Source: Acidimicrobiia bacterium
Lineage (GTDB): Bacteria > Actinomycetota > Acidimicrobiia > Acidimicrobiales > CATQHL01
Assembly: GCA_009840735.1 (NCBI GenBank)
Contig: VXNF01000108.1
Span: forward strand, 10,757-74,756
DNA: 64,000 nucleotides
Direction: 5' to 3'
Shown here piece by piece: positions 61,950 to 64,000 of the stretch (position 1 is its first letter; the number at the start of each line of letters is the position of its first letter). Under the pieces are notes generated by a model. That model was not told the origin of the DNA, did not search any database, and saw only the letters and a program-made list of their open reading frames with translations. Both the position numbers and the translations under genes were made by a program.

Positions 61950-62627
61950 TCAGGTTCCGTCGCCGTCGCCGGCGACGAAGTCGGCCCACGGGATGCGGGG
62001 CAGGAAGTAGGTGCCCTCGGGGACCGTGCGCAGAAACGACCGCAGCCCCAGCCGTCCGATGGCGCCGAGCCGCAGCGGGTCGATGCGGCCCTGCTCGTTG
62101 CAGATCGCCTCGTCGTAGGCCGCCCACACCACCTCGGCCACGACCAAGTGCACCTCGCCGAAGGGCACGCCGGTCGTGCCCAGGTCCACGACCTGGCGCA
62201 CCTCGCACTCCAGGCGGGCCAGGGCCTCGCCGATCGCCGGGGCGCTGACCTTCGTGGCTGGCACCGGGGTCCAGCCCGTCATCTCGAACTCGTCGGAGTC
62301 CGCCGGACCCTCGGTGGCGACAGTCTCGATCTTGTCCCCGAACGTCTCGGTCGTGACGTTGATGACGAAGTCCCCCGAGGCCATGGCGTTCTCGTAGGTG
62401 TGCTTCAGGTCTCCGTCCTCGCGCAGCCCCATCGTGATGCCGATCAGCATCGGGTCGCCGGTGATGGGCAGATAGTAGCTCATGGGGGCGATGTTGGCGA
62501 TGCCCTCCGGGCTGCGAGTGGACACCATGGCGATGGGGCGGGGCACCACGAGCTGCGACAGCAGGAACTGGCAGTCCATCGGGCTGTTCTCAGCCGGATC
62601 GAAGGTGATCGCGCGATCGGGACTCAT
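61950..62627 (-). CDS. Flavin reductase-like FMN-binding domain protein
   Basis: LVVPRPIAMVSTRSPEGIANIAPMSYY, typical split-barrel flavin reductase N-terminus. Confidence 0.8.
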   Translation of the reverse strand: MSPDRAITFDPAENSPMDCQFLLSQLVVPRPIAMVSTRSPEGIANIAPMSYYLPITGDPMLIGITMGLREDGDLKHTYENAMASGDFVINVTTETFGDKIETVATEGPADSDEFEMTGWTPVPATKVSAPAIGEALARLECEVRQVVDLGTTGVPFGEVHLVVAEVVWAAYDEAICNEQGRIDPLRLGAIGRLGLRSFLRTVPEGTYFLPRIPWADFVAGDGDGT

Positions 62628-62718
62628 CGGACCTCCGGATCGTCGTGGGCGGAATCAGGTCATCCCGTCGGACAACGGTACGACGAAAGCCGCCGGCGGG
62701 TGGTGTGCCGCCGGCGGT

Positions 62719-63294
62719 TCAGTCGGCTGGGATGGCGTCGTAGGCGGCGAAGTCGGGGTCCACGACCGTCTGGATGCCGAGCCCGGTCACGACCCGGTTC
62801 ACGTAGTTGAGGTGGGCGCAGTGGGCGTTGGCGTCGAGGATGGCGAGGTCGTCGAAGCCTGCCTGGCGCAGGGCGGTCACGTCGCCCTCGCCGATCTCGC
62901 CGGGCCGGGTCGTCAGGTCGATGGTGTAGCGCAGCAGGGCCGCCTCGGATTCGGGCAGGGCGTCGGCGGCTGCGGCGGGGTCGGTGCCCAGCAGGGCGAT
63001 CTCCTCGTCGCTGAAGCCGTCGGCGCGCAGCTTGACGGTGACTTGGCTCATGCAGTGGACCGTGCCGTTGAGCGCCGAGGTCACGAAGCCGATGAGGTTG
63101 CGCTGGCGGGCGGTGAGCGCCGAGGGGCAGCGCTCGGTGGCGGCGTAGAGCTCCAGTCGGGCGCCCACGAGCCTCGGGTACAGCGACCCCGCCAGGGTCA
63201 TCTCGGTCACCTCGCCCAGCGTCTCCCGCTGACGGTCGTAGTGGCGGCGCAACTCGTCGTCGGCGTCGTCGTAGGGTACGCTGCGGATCCACAT
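62719..63294 (-). CDS. Carboxymuconolactone decarboxylase (AhpD-like) family, peroxidase-related protein
   Basis: MWIRSVPYDDADDEL... and LTARQRNLIGFVTSALNGTVHCMSQ (CMD core with Cys/His). GTG 63312 is an alternative start. Confidence 0.75.
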   Translation of the reverse strand: MWIRSVPYDDADDELRRHYDRQRETLGEVTEMTLAGSLYPRLVGARLELYAATERCPSALTARQRNLIGFVTSALNGTVHCMSQVTVKLRADGFSDEEIALLGTDPAAAADALPESEAALLRYTIDLTTRPGEIGEGDVTALRQAGFDDLAILDANAHCAHLNYVNRVVTGLGIQTVVDPDFAAYDAIPAD

Positions 63295-63456
63295 GCCGCC
63301 ATGTTCGCACACCCCGGGGAGCGTCCCCGGCGTGGCGGCGCGGCGGCGAGTAGGTCGCGGCGCTGGCGGGGAGCGAACCTCCGGCGATGCTCCAGCAGGG
63401 GATCGTTCCGTCGGCGCCGATGACGCTCATCCTTCCCGTCGTCCGGGGTGACCCTC

Positions 63457-64000
63457 ATGTCGAACTACGCGCCTGCATCCTCGCTCGGCTGGCTCGACTT
63501 CGACGCCGCCGCCAGCGCAGCGGTCGCCGAGCTGATCCGCTCGCTGGAGGAACCCGCAACCCTCGACAACCTGGGCCTCGGCTCGGTGCGCGACGCCTTC
63601 TCGGCGCGGCTCAGCCCCGGCACCTCCACCCTGCAGACCAGACTCCGCTACTTCATCTTCGTGCCGTGGATCTTCGCCCGACTCGAAGAGCAGCGGGTGG
63701 CGCCGGGCGACTTCGCTCGCAGGCTGCGCGACGACGAGGCGCGGCTCATCGACTGCCTCCGCCATCTGGGGCCGAGGAACGGCGTGATCGGCTTCAAGGC
63801 GGGCCGGGACCTCAAGTACATGCCGAGCTGGCTGTACTGGCTGGGCCTCGGCAGCTGGGGTCTGCGCCGGGGCAACCTCAGCATCAGCGAGTACGGCCAG
63901 CGGGCCGCCGCGTTGGCCCGCCAGCAGCCCGAGCGCGACGACGACCACAACGCGACCGCCCCACTGACGGCGATGTGGGCACCGCTGCCCCCGCCCCCGG
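63457..64000 (+). CDS. Hypothetical protein, 3' end outside the window (not in the supplied ORF track)
   Basis: ATG 63457 opens a frame with no stop to nt 64000: MSNYAPASSLGWLDFDAAAS...LGLGSVRDAFSARLSPGTSTLQTRLRYFIFVPWIF...MPSWLYWLGLGSWGL. GC-rich third-position codon usage is consistent with coding. Confidence 0.55.
   Translation, partial: MSNYAPASSLGWLDFDAAASAAVAELIRSLEEPATLDNLGLGSVRDAFSARLSPGTSTLQTRLRYFIFVPWIFARLEEQRVAPGDFARRLRDDEARLIDCLRHLGPRNGVIGFKAGRDLKYMPSWLYWLGLGSWGLRRGNLSISEYGQRAAALARQQPERDDDHNATAPLTAMWAPLPPPP

Overview
High-GC (by eye roughly 70% G+C, not computed), densely coding, actinobacterial-type chromosomal segment. I found no rRNA, tRNA, CRISPR array, integrase or transposase. 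The window has three parts. (i) 1-19.0 kb is core metabolism: an FAH-family hydrolase, an alpha/beta hydrolase, an amidohydrolase, a five-gene HAAT/Liv-type ABC importer, an adenosylhomocysteinase-like protein, a fused hydantoinase A/B, an ECF sigma factor translationally coupled to a membrane-anchored Asp-box protein, a PLP lyase, an LLM oxidoreductase and a fatty-acid hydroxylase. (ii) About 19.0-43.2 kb is an accessory defence/toxin island. It holds an orphan DUF2384-type antitoxin, a Fic protein and hipBA. It also holds the three hallmark genes of a helicase-methylase-ATPase modification-type defence system: an SNF2 helicase with a DUF3883 nuclease tail, a DUF1156 methyltransferase in two divergent copies, and a HEPN-DUF499 ATPase. 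These genes all lie on the + strand but are pulled apart by nested cargo. That cargo is mazEF, an opposite-strand translationally coupled AAA+ ATPase / cytoplasmic S8 subtilase pair (IetAS-like) at the window centre, a COG1373/DUF4143 ATPase, an RHH-antitoxin remnant, an ImmA/IrrE-HTH protein with a truncated DUF4411 PIN-like partner, and vapBC. (iii) 43.3-64 kb is mostly metabolism/transport: a D-amino-acid deaminase-like PLP enzyme, an M81/MlrC peptidase, an amidohydrolase, a sugar-type ABC importer, two flavodoxin-fold reductases, a cytosine-deaminase-like amidohydrolase, an LLM oxidoreductase, a CapA-VanY fusion, a flavin reductase and a CMD protein. It is interrupted by small accessory patches: two more COG1373 ATPases, and an AbiEii-type NTase with a wHTH partner. 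It ends in an unlisted partial ORF. The loci most worth a second look are the interrupted helicase/MTase/HEPN-ATPase system, with one intact and one decaying methylase, and the AAA-HTH + S8 protease pair nested inside it. All family assignments rest on motifs read by eye and on memory of the families; no searches were run.
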